Position numbers and translations under genes: made by a program. Source: Phoronis australis (Eukaryota > Animalia > Phoronida). Taken from it: 64,000 nucleotides of DNA. Shown one piece after another: positions 48,805-62,075 of this stretch (position 1 is its first letter; every line of letters begins with the position of its first letter). The notes beneath the pieces were generated by a model. The model made no database searches and was not told the origin of the DNA. It saw only the letters and a program-made list of their open reading frames with translations. The stretch covers positions 372,001 through 436,000 of the forward strand of contig NMRA01000055.1 of the NCBI GenBank assembly GCA_002633005.1, read 5' to 3'.

Positions 48805-51800
48805 ATCAATACAATGGGTTGAACATGTTGCACTACAAATGTGCCTGTTGACTTTATTTCTTCACATTAACTTTCTTTCTCTTCTCGATTAGTTACCTGG
48901 GCTTTTCATAAAGCTATTTTCATTTCATGGGAACATGTAAGCCTTCATGCATTGTAAATTGTGGTTATTTTAAAAAGTTATTATTAAATAGTAGACACTT
49001 CGTTAAGCGGCCTACAGATTAAAATATACTGAACCTATTGAAATCTCATTAACACTGTGGAGACAGGTAACTGATACACTGAATGACCACACTAGATACC
49101 AACTTAGCATAGTCTCTCACTAACAATAACTTTCTCAGAAGACGAGAACAATATAATTTTGAGTCTAGAAGAAAACTCATTAGAGCTATTGTAAAAATAA
49201 GAATTGTGTTGATAATTCATAAAATTATTCAAACAATACTGTAGCAATAATATCAATATTGGTGACAGAATGAAACACTTAGAACTGACAAAAAACTAAG
49301 AGACATGCTATCTGCAAACATCTTGTACATTTTATTTCGCTAAAGGCAAAGTATGTTATTGCTTTATTATTAAAAAACAAACACCCTTGCTATTGACAAA
49401 ACCCTTCCAGCTGCATAATGCCTGGAGACTGTTGACACACTGAGGTGCAATAACTCAAAAATGCTCCTCACACCCGTTACGACTTACAGTAAAAATATTC
49501 CATTTGGGAAAACTTGCTAAAATAACCGTTTTTCTAATTTTGGATCCCTACTGCATCATAAGCTAGGTAGATAACTGTACAAAAATACAGATTTAGAACG
49601 ATGCAACACAAAAGTCAATGTCATTGAAAACAACACTCTTCCTTAAGTAAAGCAAATATGATCCAGGTGCTAAAAAATAACTGCTACACTGTTATATTGT
49701 TATACTGGTGCTTAAGTTGCAGAGCTATAATATTAGTTTGGCTTTCAGAGCCCGTGAAACACAGAGTCACCTATTGGTCAATTATTTTTTTTGCCGATTC
49801 ACCATTCTTCTTCCATAAGGTTGCGTACATTTCAAAACAAATTATCAGAGTTAGTCTCACTTTGTTATAAGTTTTTAGTATTACCACCAAACTGAATTTC
49901 TGAGCAAATTGTGGTTCAGCGACATGGTCATTGATCTCCTGAAAGATGTTACAAAAATTTAGCGTATGTTACCAGCTTACTGTTTTCGAGTCGATGACAG
50001 ACTTTTCTATGTGATAAAAGCCAGAGAGTGATATAAGAAAATGACGCTTATTACGTTTATTAGATTGTTTTCCACTTTAACGACTGTAATGCAAATTTAG
50101 CATGTAACATGTTGTCATTAGCTTAACATCTTGATAAGTTTCATGACCAACTTAGGCTGTGTGAAATTTCAAGGTCTATACAAAATTTACATGAATCACT
50201 ACCCACTCAGATGCATTTTGATGCCAGTTTTCATACAGCTAGCTGACTGGCTAACCGCATTACTGAAAATGCTTCAACTTTGGCTAAGCGATTTGGTGAC
50301 GTGGGTATACCATACAAAAAAATCCTTAGAAGTTATTTTTGTTGAGAAATTTTAATGTTAATTTATTTGTTATGATTAGCTGTAATAATAGTAACAACTT
50401 AGGATTATAATCCACTTAACTAGAATGTCTGGTGTTTGACTGGGCAAGCTACTTAAGTGAAGATAACTAAACATGGGGAAAGGTGAGGAGCCCTCTGATG
50501 ACCCCGCCATGACCCCTACAGTGGACTAAGCACACTTGACAACTATTGATTTGCACACAACACCAGCACTCAGGTTCTAAACAAGTCTCATAACCAGAAC
50601 AGTCTTTGTTAGGTAACCACACCTTAGGCAGATTGTGTGTTGAGGTACTAACAAGAGACAGCCTTCAACAAAGAGGCAAGTCCTTTAATTAATGAGCTGG
50701 TGGGGGAGGTCCTGTGATTACACAAGGTGACATCACAGCCAGGTAATGCACCAGTCTTGTGGGAGGCCAACTAATCATCCAGTGCCATGTGGAACAAGTT
50801 TAGAGACAGAGAAGCTATGATTAATTAAAACAAGTAGCAGAACCAAAATAATATTTTTATGCATCAAAATGAAGCCAAAGACAAATGTTACTATATGAGA
50901 TACAAATCCCATGACAAATAATGTTCTATGGATTTCCCAGGCTATTGTTTAACTTGCGATAACGACGCGATGTGCATCACAGGGTTATCGCCTGTGGGAC
51001 ACTACCGTTGTTTGCCTTTGTTGCATCTTTGTAGGATAACAATACAGGTCGCATGGATATCGTACCTTGGGCGCCCATCAGTCGGTTACCGATAAATCTT
51101 ACAATTATTTTTATTGTAAGAAAGAAAAACAGTGAACAATGGATACGCCTATCTACCAAGATATCTATGGGAGAAGCTTACGCCCTAGTTTCCCCCGTGG
51201 GATACAATTTGCACCAATAAGGAAAGGAGTTAACTTAGCAAAACACACAAATTACAACTTTTTACAAAACTTGACGACAGATTTCCGATTCATATCCTAA
51301 AACTATCAAGAATTTGATAGACACATTGCTGTGGCTTCATTCTTATTGTAAAAGAAAAATCATATCTCACTAAGAGGGGATCCTGTTATTTATTCAATGA
51401 AAACTGGTTTTACAAGCATGTTGAGTACGGTAGCTCTTTTGTGAATACCTCTTGATTGGACCAATAAGCTCCTGGTACAGCTCATTCATTGGATGATCTA
51501 TATCACAGGACAGTTTGAATGGAATACACATTTATCATGTCAGTAAAAATCCATAAAAATTGAACAGTTTGTAAACTTACAAGCTATTGTCTGCATATGT
51601 TCAAAGCATTGGCTAATTTTACAATGCTACAAACCATCATTATGCCAAAAAAACTATATTTAGACCACGTGTCATAAAACTGGTCTCCTGTAGTTCTTCC
51701 CTCAGGTTAGACGCAGTTTCTGAACTTTTCCTCAAATATCGGACACTACGTTTGGTATCAATTTCTGAGAATGACTCGTCACTTCCTGAAATTGTTGAAA

Positions 51801-53733
51801 ATAGCTGCCGACGCAAACTTTTCACGCGTAAAGAGTAACATTGAGGTGAATGATCGGTTATAGCTGATCTTAATTCTTGAATTTGGGACAGCCAAAATTG
51901 ACTATTTTTAGATTATGGTAAAACTCCAAAATCAATCAAAATAATTAATTCTCAAAGTCCTAAACTGGAGACTTTTTACCACACATTGCTCAAACAAAGA
52001 AGTGGCAGCAAGTTTTCTACTTTAGAAAATGTGCATCTTGTCTAAGAACTTGATTAGAACAGATTGGAAGCTTGTCTAGCAGATATGGTGATCATCAGTA
52101 ATCCACTGATGAGATAAGCACATCTCATCAGTAATTTCACATTCATATGATTGGAGAGACTCATTGCAGTAGCCAACACAGCAATACACGCAGGCATGCA
52201 CACACACATAGCACACTACTGTGTCAGTCACAACTTAACTAACACCTTAAGTAGATTACGTCAAGTGTCAACAACGCAGGTCATCAAGGCTGTTAATGAG
52301 AAAAATAACTCTCCAGAGTGATTGGTAATAATGACTCTGTGAAGATAGCGTGGGAAAATTGTGTGGAAACTGTGCATGCAAATAAGCCGCACTAGCAGTC
52401 ACAGGCTGCACAGACACAGGCTGCACAGAGAGGCAGTGACACACCCTTTTAAAGTTAGTCCACAATACCAATGCAACTAGAGCTCAAATGAGAAATTTTC
52501 AATAACAGTTGTTACATCTTAATTGCATTTTAGGTGGTCTTCAAATAAAAATAGAAGACCAATGTTAGCTTGGGAAACAGTTTTGACAAAATGTTAGGGT
52601 CTACAATTGGTGTGATGACTGTTGACAAGACAAACAAGATTACTTTGCATCTTATAAACAATACCAAGTTTATTAAGTGGAAAATGTAATTCAAATCATC
52701 CAACCGAACACAATCTATGATAACTGAATATAACAGACCAGCACAATGATTTGAAATAATTCACCTCTTATAGAGCCTCAGCACAATGGACCATATGTTT
52801 GTGAAATCACTGCAGACAACACATGGTTATTCAACCTATAATTAGGGACTTTGAAGACAGGTATGATGGAGAAACTGACGGAGTGGCTTGAAAGGCCTAG
52901 CTGGATACTGTAGAATGGCTATAGGAAGACCTAATTAATGAGAGCCTGGTACTGTCATGTAATGAGATGTTAACGACAGGCTAATGGGAATACAATGGTA
53001 GCCAATTGGAGAAATGACTGTGAGAATAAAACGAAGTGACTATGAGCAGGTGAATGGCTGCAATAGCCGATGAATGAGCTTTGACAGGGGCTCGTGCTGC
53101 ATTCATGAGCAAGCATCAACCAATCACCAAGCACAAGTGGCAATTTAACTAATGTAAAATGCATGTCAAACGGAAGAGAAGCCAGAAGAGAGGATGGTAT
53201 GAATTGAGTATGGTGAAGGAGAAACAGGAAGTTATTAGATTCAGAATATTTGTTAAAAATCAAATGAATAATATACATCTGACACAGCACTCACGTTTTC
53301 CAATGCAAAACATTGAAATATAGAGAACAAGATTTACGTAAAAGTCTTGTTCAGAACAACTTAAAACAAAATGAGTCAGCATCAGGTACTGGTGCAAGAA
53401 ATGTCCCCTTTTCATTAACTGAATAAATTTAAAACAGAAAGCTGTTCACCTGCCTCAGGGCATTCATGAGATAAGGGTCCAACTGAGCTTAGCTCATGAA
53501 TTAATACAGGTAGGACGACTGGTTCACAGGTGTCACCACTGCATATCAAACTCCTCAGTGAAATGAAACGAATACGAGGAATGAATAACAAAATGCTAAA
53601 TAATGATAAAAACAACACGCAGCAATAAATGCCTCAGAAACAACTTATAATGGAGTTATAAGAGTCCGTAAGATTAACTCTACACTACTTCCCAAATCTA
53701 CTTGAGAAATCAACATCCTCTCCACCTACTCAC

Positions 53734-53836
53734 ATTTTTTCTCCATCTCGTCATCATCAATCAGTAACGAAACAACTTCTTTAGGCTTCAGAGTGTCTGG
53801 ACGGAAGTTTCCACCACTGATAACCATCCGCTGTAT
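53734..53836 (-). CDS. INO80: INO80 exon (IQRMVISGGNFRPDTLKPKEVVSLLIDDDEMEKK)
   Basis: TTACAG|ATA ... AAAT|GTGAGT; near-identical to the vertebrate INO80 post-helicase segment. Confidence 0.97.
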
Positions 53837-54087
53837 CTGTAAAGTTTGAGCGAACAGTTGGATAACTGAAGCAAAATTTGGCAATAAGCACACTATGGTT
53901 TGCATGTAAACACAAATCAAAATCATGCAACTGTTGATCGTCATAATTTTGGTGAACAACAAGGAAGGAGAAGAGTTTAGTCAACAACAGCCTGGTATGT
54001 TTGTAAAAGTTGAAGAAACTGAATATTGAACGAATGACCAACAATTCTAAAAAGACAGGAAATGGAGCAACTGTACTGTGCGAGGCC

Positions 54088-54499
54088 AGTGTGAAACTGA
54101 TCAGCTCAAACAGAGTACACGGTTCCCATACAAAGTGTGAAACTGATCAGCTCAAACAGAGTACACGGTTCCCATACAAAGTGTGAAACTGATCAGCTCA
54201 AACAGAGTACACGGTTCCCATACACAGTGTGAAACTGATCAGCTCAAACAGAGTACACGGTTCCCATACACAGTGTGAAACTGATCAGCTCAAACAGAGT
54301 ACACGGTTCCCATACACAGTGTGAAACTGATCAGCTCAAACAGAGTACACGGTTCCCATACACAGTGTGAAACTGATCAGCTCAAACAGAGTACACGGTT
54401 CCCATACACAGTGTGAAACTGATCAGCTCAAACAGAGTACACGGTTCCCATACACAGTGTGAAACTGATCAGCTCAAACAGAGTACACGGCTCCCATAC
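54088..54499. repeat. 46-bp minisatellite, 9 near-identical copies
   Basis: AGTGTGAAACTGATCAGCTCAAACAGAGTACACGGTTCCCATACA(C/A). Confidence 0.98.
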
Positions 54500-54987
54500 A
54501 GTGTTTTCATTTTCACGAGTTTTCCAGAATGCAATTTTCAAGTACAGCACCTTACTTTCTACACACAAAGTAGACATACAATAGAGTTTAATTTTGGTTG
54601 GAAAATGCCATTTTCGACACTAGATAAGAAACTGGGAAATAGTGTAACCTTCCAGTAATTTGTGGGCAATGGCAAAACAATGGAGCAAAGCCCAAAAGGT
54701 AAAAATTTGGGGACATCTAGAATAGCTTCAACAACTCTGTACCCCCTGGTGGGCATGTGTGTACAGTAAACTCATGCCCATTGCAGTAATGTTAAAAATG
54801 TAAAAATGCATTCAAATTTGAGCTCTGAATAGTTATATTTGCAGTGATTGTAACCATAATTAAATGCATTAACTGACATATGACCAGAAGACAATTTTGT
54901 CAATACTTTGTTTTACAACTTCTTAATAAGACAGTTACTCTTCCTCATAACAAGTGGTCCTTGTAATATTTGGGCCCCAGTGCCTAC

Positions 54988-55146
54988 CTCACTCTTCTCA
55001 CGTGCCCGCTGCAGTATCCGTTCCTCAATGGTGCCCTTACAAATCAAACGGTAAACAGTGACCTGCTTGGTCTGGCCTAGTCGATGGGCTCGGTCCATGG
55101 CCTGCTGATCTACTGTAGGGTTCCAGTCACTGTCATAGAAGATGAC
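54988..55146 (-). CDS. INO80: INO80 exon, helicase motif VI ([53 protein letters not shown])
   Basis: CTTCAG|GTC ... GAG|GTAGGC; 53 codons; INO80-type SNF2 sequence. Confidence 0.98.
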
Positions 55147-55300
55147 CTGAAGCACAAGAGAGGGGACTTTACAAGAAGTGGTGATGACCTGCAGCACAGG
55201 AGAGGGGACTTTAGGTACAGAGGTGATGACCAGCAGCACAGGAAAGGTGACTTTAGGTGCAAGCAGAGGTGATGACCTGCAGCACAGGGGAGGTGACTTT
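55141..55300 (-). repeat. Four 42-46 bp units, each a copy of the INO80 3' splice site
   Basis: On -: AAAGTC(C/A)CCT..CTGTGCTGCAG|GTCATC repeated; exon-start equivalents at 55146, 55188, 55230 (AG changed to TG) and 55276. Confidence 0.9.
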
Positions 55301-55506
55301 GGTACAAACAGAGGGTGAACTTAAAGCTGCATTTCACCCTATTTAGCAAAAATCAAATTACGGTTGGCTAACTACAAACCACAAAAATGCAAAACAACCA
55401 ACAATTTATACATTATACATTATATCTACGGAATAATAATACAGCAATACTCCACAGTAAGAGAAAGAATGAGAGAAAAACATACAAACATTCCAAAGGT
55501 TCTCAC

Positions 55507-55674
55507 CGTGTCAGCAGCAGTTAAGTTGATACCGAGGCCACCTGCACGTGTACTCAGCAGGAAGACAAAGATGTCTGAGCGCGACTGGAAGTCGGCGACC
55601 ATGTCGCGGCGGTCAGAGATTTTTGAGGAGCCGTCAAGTCTCATGTAGGTGTGTTTCCTATGCCACATATACTC
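55507..55674 (-). CDS. INO80: INO80 exon, helicase motif V ([49 protein letters not shown])
   Basis: TTTCAG|GAG ... ACG|GTGAGA; 56 codons. Confidence 0.98.
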
Positions 55675-55711
55675 CTGAAAAAGAAGAAAACACGAGTTGA
55701 AGACCAAGAGA

Positions 55712-56235
55712 CCGTTTCATGAGAAAAGCCTTAAGACTTATACTAAAATTTGTCTAAGACAAGACCGAAATATGGGCCAATTTAAGACTGTTTCATGAAC
55801 ACAAAGTCAATTTTGGTGTTGGGTTTAACTTGAACAGAGAGTAAGTCGGTTTTGACATAGGTGAGCATACAAACTACCCTTTTATCACCTGTTGCAAATT
55901 CAGAACACAAAGCAAGGCAGTGACTGAAATGTGGTTCAGGAAAAACCTTGATCTTGAAACTTTAAATGGGGTTTATTAAGGTAACAACATTTTAGATGCA
56001 GTTGGGATCTTGTTTATGTGAGAATAACCTGGTACAAGTGGAAAATATCAGATAAGTTGCACTGCATTGTCTAATTTTAAACCTACTCCGAAGCAAGCAA
56101 ACTTTCGGTCTTGGCTTAGGCCGATTTAGGTCTTAATTTTTATAAAGAAATTTAATGAAATGGGACTAAGATATTCTGGTCTTTAGTTGACCTGATTTCG
56201 TTCCGAGTTAACACAGAAAAAGTCTCATGAAACGG
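55712..56235. mobile_element. MITE (PIF/Harbinger-like ends)
   Basis: TIR CCGTTTCATGAGA / TCTCATGAAACGG; superfamily inferred from terminus style only, TSD not resolved. Confidence 0.7.
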
Positions 56236-56980
56236 GACATAGGTCTGTCGGTGAGAGCTTGAAGTTTCTGCAAGAAAAATAATAGAAGAAGCAGATAACC
56301 TGAAACAAGGGGTGAGCAGCTAGACTTGAACAAGGAGATTCTCCGAAATCAAACCAAAAGTCCAGTAACCAAATGAAACAATTCATGTTCTAGTTTCATT
56401 TTCCCAATTCATTATTAGAGCCAATTACAAGTACATATTGAGCAGTAATGTAAACAAGACATCATCTCCAGCTGAGTACACTGCACTACCAGCCAGACAA
56501 TAAGTAGCACATTTGACCACACAGACTCTGACAGTGTGACTGAGTCTATCTTGGGTGAACCAGCACAGTAGCTGGCTGGAAATACTACACTTTTCTAGCC
56601 TGGTGCTTTTCTAATCGGCTAGAGATGCCAGTGAACCCATCTAATTCATGCAGTAGTTAACCCAGTTCAACAGCACAGATTGCTTGTCCCAGCCATGACT
56701 GGTACTACAGGGCTTTATGTTAGAGCGGCACCAACTACTGCAAGACTAGCCGATCCTTTAGTGGAAAGGTTTATTTTGCATAGAAATGACAGCTAGTGGT
56801 TGCGAATGATGAAAATGAGAAGGAAATCTGCAGGAAGTTACACCACACCAGTCATAACCATACTGAATGTAAAACATACAAAACGGACGCAGGTTGTCTT
56901 TTGATCCGACATCATGGTATACGACGTGAAGCCTGGCAATATGATAAGAAAAACTGACTAGCTGTAAAGCTCCCAAGGAG

Positions 56981-57630
56981 AACAAGGCAATCACTGGGAG
57001 CTTTGCACACAACAGCATTCATTATCGGCTGCACGAAAATCAAAAACAGGTCAAAATTCAGTTCGGTTGCGTAAAGACCATATCCGACCCACGATACCTG
57101 AAAATCAAAAACGGGCCAATATTCAAGAAAATACGTTCGAATCACAAAATGTCGAAAATATGAACTAGAGCTCATTTTAAGAATACTCGTTTGAAAGTTG
57201 GATCAAAATCCCTTAAGAAACAGTAGGAGTTGCACACAGAAAAGCGTTTCAATGCATGTATGTGTGAAACAATAGGAGTTGCACACAGAACAGCACTTTA
57301 ATACATGAATGTGTGAAAATAAATAGCGGGTAAAATTCAAGAATATACAGTAAAACTCAAAATGCTGATGATATGCACTATGGCATTTCATTAGCAAACT
57401 TTTTTTGAAAGTTTGGTCAAAATCTCCAGATAAATCGTGGAGGATTTGTGTAAATATTTCCCAACTAGGATGTGTAGAAATAAAGAACAGACTAAACTAC
57501 AGGAAAATATGGTCAAATCGAAAGCATGCTTTTTGAAAGTTTGGTTGAAATCCCCATCAAAACGTACCAGTTGTGAACAGAGGAGTATTATTGCCTACAC
57601 AGACATATGGACACCTACCATTACTATACA
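56981..57630 (-). mobile_element. Degenerate second HINE-like element
   Basis: Starts AACAAG (CTTGTT end on -); three spaced TTGAAAGTT(T)GG..AAATC modules (near 57191, 57405, 57533); ACAGAC..GGAC remnant near the other end. Confidence 0.45.
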
Positions 57631-57635
57631 CGTTT

Positions 57636-57886
57636 ACAGATCAAGTTTGAGTCTAATACTGGAATAAAAACTTACAAAAATTAGAGACGTTGCACCCGCA
57701 TCTCACGGACTTCAGCTTGGCCAGAATAACGATAACAACGGCAATGCCGCGCCGTTTAGCCAAGATGCCACCAATTGGCCAGAATAACAATAACGTCACA
57801 AGCCAAGTTGAAGTCCATGAGATGCAGACGCAACGTCGCTAATATTTGTAAGTTTTATTCCAGTATTAAACTCAAACTTGATCTGT
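57636..57886. mobile_element. Hairpin MITE with arms of about 85 bp
   Basis: ACAGATCAAGTTTGAGTCTAATACTGGAATAAAA.. / ..TTTTATTCCAGTATTAAACTCAAACTTGATCTGT; internal direct repeat TTGGCCAGAATAAC(G/A)ATAAC. Confidence 0.85.
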
Positions 57887-59390
57887 TTTCTCAACTGGAT
57901 GTCTCAAAATGTTCATGCTTATACACCTTACCTTCGGAGGGAATAAAAAGCACAAGATTAAAGGATAACTGAGGTCAGCAAAATGTTAATTATTTGACAC
58001 AGTTTTGATACAGTATCCCAAGAGATATTTACTCCAGTAATTATTGGTATGTTTCTTACACTTTTGTATTTTTATTTAATAATTGATAATCCATAGCTTA
58101 ACTTAGCAGCCATGAAATTTTCATCGAATCAAAAGTTCAGCCTCAATTACGAATCGTCGCATCTCTACGCTGCCTTGACATTATAAAGTACCGCTTGGTT
58201 GGTTCGACCACAATTGCTAATTGGCAAGTGATTTGCAAGCAAGTAGACAGATAAATAAATATTAATGCATCACTTCACTAAATTAAACTTGGAAACTGTT
58301 GTCTAGACAGTTACAAAGGTGAATTTCAGCCAGTTAATCGACATAATCAACCTTTAACCAAATGTTTAATGAGCCTGGTCTGAATGAAAATAGTTTTAAA
58401 GACAACTGCATTTAGTCTAGGTGCAACTCACATCTCACATAAGGAAAGGCGATATCTTTAACACGATAACAAATGCATCACTGCTAAAAAGAAACTGTGA
58501 AAGTATTGTTCTAATGGATATCATTTAACAATACTTCAAAGACTTAACTGAAGGTTAAATTATCATGGTAATTTGAGTATTTCACTTGAAATCCAATTGC
58601 GAAATTAGGCCTTATCTTTTACATAAGCTTGTAAGTATCACATGACCAGTGGCAGGGTTTACCAGACTGCTTTAAAGCTGCGTTTTATATGCCGACACGA
58701 TTCTTCCCACATGAGAGAATAAATTCAATAAATGCGGCTGAATATTTACACAACCAGTACTTTGTAGATAGACCAATAACTTAAGAATGAACATTAAAAT
58801 TTGCTGGGTTTACTCGCTGACCTCACCATCAGACACCTGCCTTAATAGCCCCAAACTAAATGAGGAAACAATACAAGACATGTGTACTGGCCAGAACTGC
58901 CATACTGGCAATGGACAGAACTGAGTAGGCACTGTGTAGTTAGCTCCCCTGCACATTAATAACAGCTGTGTTAAGCAGAAGGGCAGATTCAGACAGAGTC
59001 AAGAGAACAATGAAGAAGATGAACTTCCAGTCACCTGGTGGACATAATTAAGTTTTATGCCTAAGAACAATGAATTCAATCAATTTATAATAGCAAGTAT
59101 TATTTTGAGGTGAAAATGACAAAGTAACCGAATGTTAACTTTAAGTTCAAATGTTATACACATTATTTACCCTCTTAACACCACCCTTAAATCTTGAAGG
59201 TGCACTCACTGTCATTTTTGAGAAGCAAATCTCATGTTGTAGTCTGCTTTTGCCAAACTGGTCCTTTGGTAAGATACACTTATCATCAAAGCGTATAGTA
59301 AGGTAACTAGTTGTTTGTGATCAGGGAAAAGTAAATGGTTAAAGCTGCTACAACTGCCCTCTGTCAAAGTTTCAAGGGCTTTCGAATTTG

Positions 59391-59550
59391 CAGCATTACA
59401 TCTGGTCTCAGCATTACAACTGGTCTCACCATTACAACTGGTCTCAGCATTACAACTGGTCTCAGCATTACAACTGGTCTCAGCATTACAACTGGTCTCA
59501 GCATTACAACTGGTCTCAGCATTACAACTGGTCTCAGCATTACAACTGGT
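59391..59550. repeat. 18-bp minisatellite, about 9 copies
   Basis: CAGCATTACAACTGGTCT. Confidence 0.98.
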
Positions 59551-59830
59551 TTCAACACAACTTCAATAAGTAGAGATTTCAGGATTGAAAATAACTATTT
59601 GTTACTGCTATAGATCATTCTTGGTGCATAAAACAACTTGCAGTGGCAATCACAGTTATTAAGCCTGGTCTCACGCAAGAATGAACACACATTTCCAAAA
59701 TCTCAATTTGAGAAAGAGATATCAGCTAAATAATGATAAGTAATCAAAGTGTGTTTAGATCAGCTTTAATGACTTGCTTAGTAAAAAGACCTAGAACACT
59801 GTTCAAAGTGAAACCTAGAACACTGGGCGG

Positions 59831-59942
59831 ATTCAAACCTAGAGTACAGTATGTATTCAAACATAGAGCACAGTATGTATTCAAACCAAGAGCACAGTAT
59901 GTATTCAAACATAGAGCACAGTATGTATTCAAACTCAGAGCA
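59831..59942. repeat. 24-bp minisatellite, about 4.5 copies
   Basis: ATTCAAACATAGAGCACAGTATGT. Confidence 0.95.
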
Positions 59943-60185
59943 TACTCAAATCTCCAGCTGTCTCTGTCCTCCAAAACACAGTCATGTCTACCCCCATGGG
60001 AGCCGAACATTGTCACAATTTACAAAACATGTTCACAGTTCTCATAAACATATCAATGCTCATCATTAACACATTCACGTTCTTCCTTACAAACTAAATT
60101 TCCTAATATCTTTAGCAGCTCATTATCCCTACAAAACCTAAGCATATTGCCAATATCCAACTTTCGACTTAGTTACTGAAGGTGT

Positions 60186-60445
60186 GTTGAAATATGAAAT
60201 AATCACTTACTTAGAGAGGATTCAAGTTAGATGCAGACGTTTCGGCCTGGTCCGCTAGGCCTGTTTCGATGAGTGAGGGGTTTCCCGCCTTTCGCTAAGT
60301 ACGTTGGAAAGGCGGGAAAACCCTCACTCATCGAAAAAGGCCTGGTGGACCAGGCCGAAACGTCTGCATCTAACCTGAATTGTCTCTAAGTAATTGATTA
60401 TTTCCTATTCCAATGGCTCCAGCGACAAATGATCAACATATTCTC
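60186..60445. mobile_element. Foldback insertion resembling inverted Penelope-like terminal repeats
   Basis: Arms about 60188-60293 / 60307-60413, 13-nt loop, unpaired right tail of about 30 nt; 10-bp direct repeat CTGAAGGTGT at 60176-60185 and 60446-60455; GGCCTGGT-GG-ACCAGGCC-GAAACGTC motif. Confidence 0.7.
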
Positions 60446-60897
60446 CTGAAGGTGTTTTAACTTCCCATACACCATCTAGTAATGTAACAATGGTTAACTT
60501 CGGTTCTGAATCAAAATTAAGTTCGCAGTAAACATGTGGAGCTAATGACAGAGCCTCAACACTTTGGCACAGTATGAATGGTCAGCTTTAGTCTCATCTA
60601 AGCTATTACTTTATAGGAGCTATCACAAACAATCCCACAACTGGTCCAGGGATACTATCTCTGAACTCAGAACCATGCTACTCTCCTAAGACATTTCATA
60701 AATGATTGCTCAAACACAAGTTAAAAGTAACCAAAGCAACCTTAGACAGTGACTTGTGGAATGGAATGTTACAAGTGAATGTTGTATACATGGTTCATTG
60801 AAACACCGTTTGAAAGTACAGTTAGTAAAAGGTGTTCTTAAAATTTTACCCACTCTCTTTGCTAAAAATATTGGTAATGCTACACTTATTTTAGCAT

Positions 60898-61299
60898 TAT
60901 ATGACTAATCACAAATATTTCAGATGGTCATACTTGGTTAAAAACTTTATGTTACGAGATCACAACTGTCTCCTTCTACAGAAGATGGTCAACTGGTGGT
61001 CTCAGATCTTACAGTCTTTCCTGTGAAACTGTACCAGTGCAACCTCTGTTGGGTAGTGAGTGAAATGCCCTCTACCAGGCTTCAGAAAGGATGAATTTGT
61101 GGCCCGTCTCACTGGGATGTTCATACACCGCCAACTGGTAATCACAACAGAGGTCGCGCCAGTACAGTTTCACAGGAAAAACAGGAAGATCTGAGACCGC
61201 CAGTTGACCATCTTCTGTAGAAGAGGACAGTTGTGATCCGTGCAATGTAAAGTTTTTAACCAAGTACATCTGGCTGGAATATTCATAATTGGTTATGTA
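60898..61299. mobile_element. Hairpin MITE with long inverted arms
   Basis: Core TACTTGGTTAAAAACTTTA..CTTCTACAGAAGATGGTCAACTGG..CCTGTGAAACTGTAC mirrored to 61266; weaker, transition-rich symmetry extends to 60898/61299. Confidence 0.85.
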
Positions 61300-62075
61300 C
61301 ATAAAACTGAATCAATCCTTCAATATTCAGTTCATTTCAACATTAATTGCTGTTTGCTGAGCCCTTATTTATCTATGCAAACAACTTGTGACATGTGACT
61401 TAACTATCTAATTTATTCGCTATAAACCTATTTCTTCAGTACAACGCACTCGAGATAATCGCAATTCTAGTGACCAGCATGTTTGGCGAGTGAATATTAA
61501 TCATTAAATATGATGCTAACTGCCAACTATGTAGTACGCATAATCAAAGGGCCAGGGGTCTGTTTAATCAAATGGGACTTAAAGCTCTCCACGGACATGA
61601 GTGTGACGTAAGAACGTACCCAGCACAAGTATGTAGTCTCCACCAACATTCGAGTTTTGCGTACAAACTTGTTCCATATCCGCGATTCTCCGATGTCCAG
61701 CGAAAAGTGAAACTAGCCACAGTATGGTTAAATACTAAGTTGCCACACCAGAAACACAATACCTCGACCTTCCTCATTATATCAAAAACCATGGGGAAAC
61801 AAGCACCAATATCTGATGACTTTTCACATTAAACACAATGGAGGATGACTATAGTGCTGAGAACAGTAACTGTTGTGTGCATGGTTAATGGGTGAGGACA
61901 GTAAATGACGATTTAACATATTTCTAGCTTACACAGTTCATTTTGTCAAGCTGTGCAGATAATAGGCATTGCAGTCAAACACCCATAAATTGAAGGTCTG
62001 TGGTCCGACTGACTCATTTCCAAATTTTTCTCAGTCATGATTCCTGAAAGTGTGATCTAACATATTGTTGCCTAC

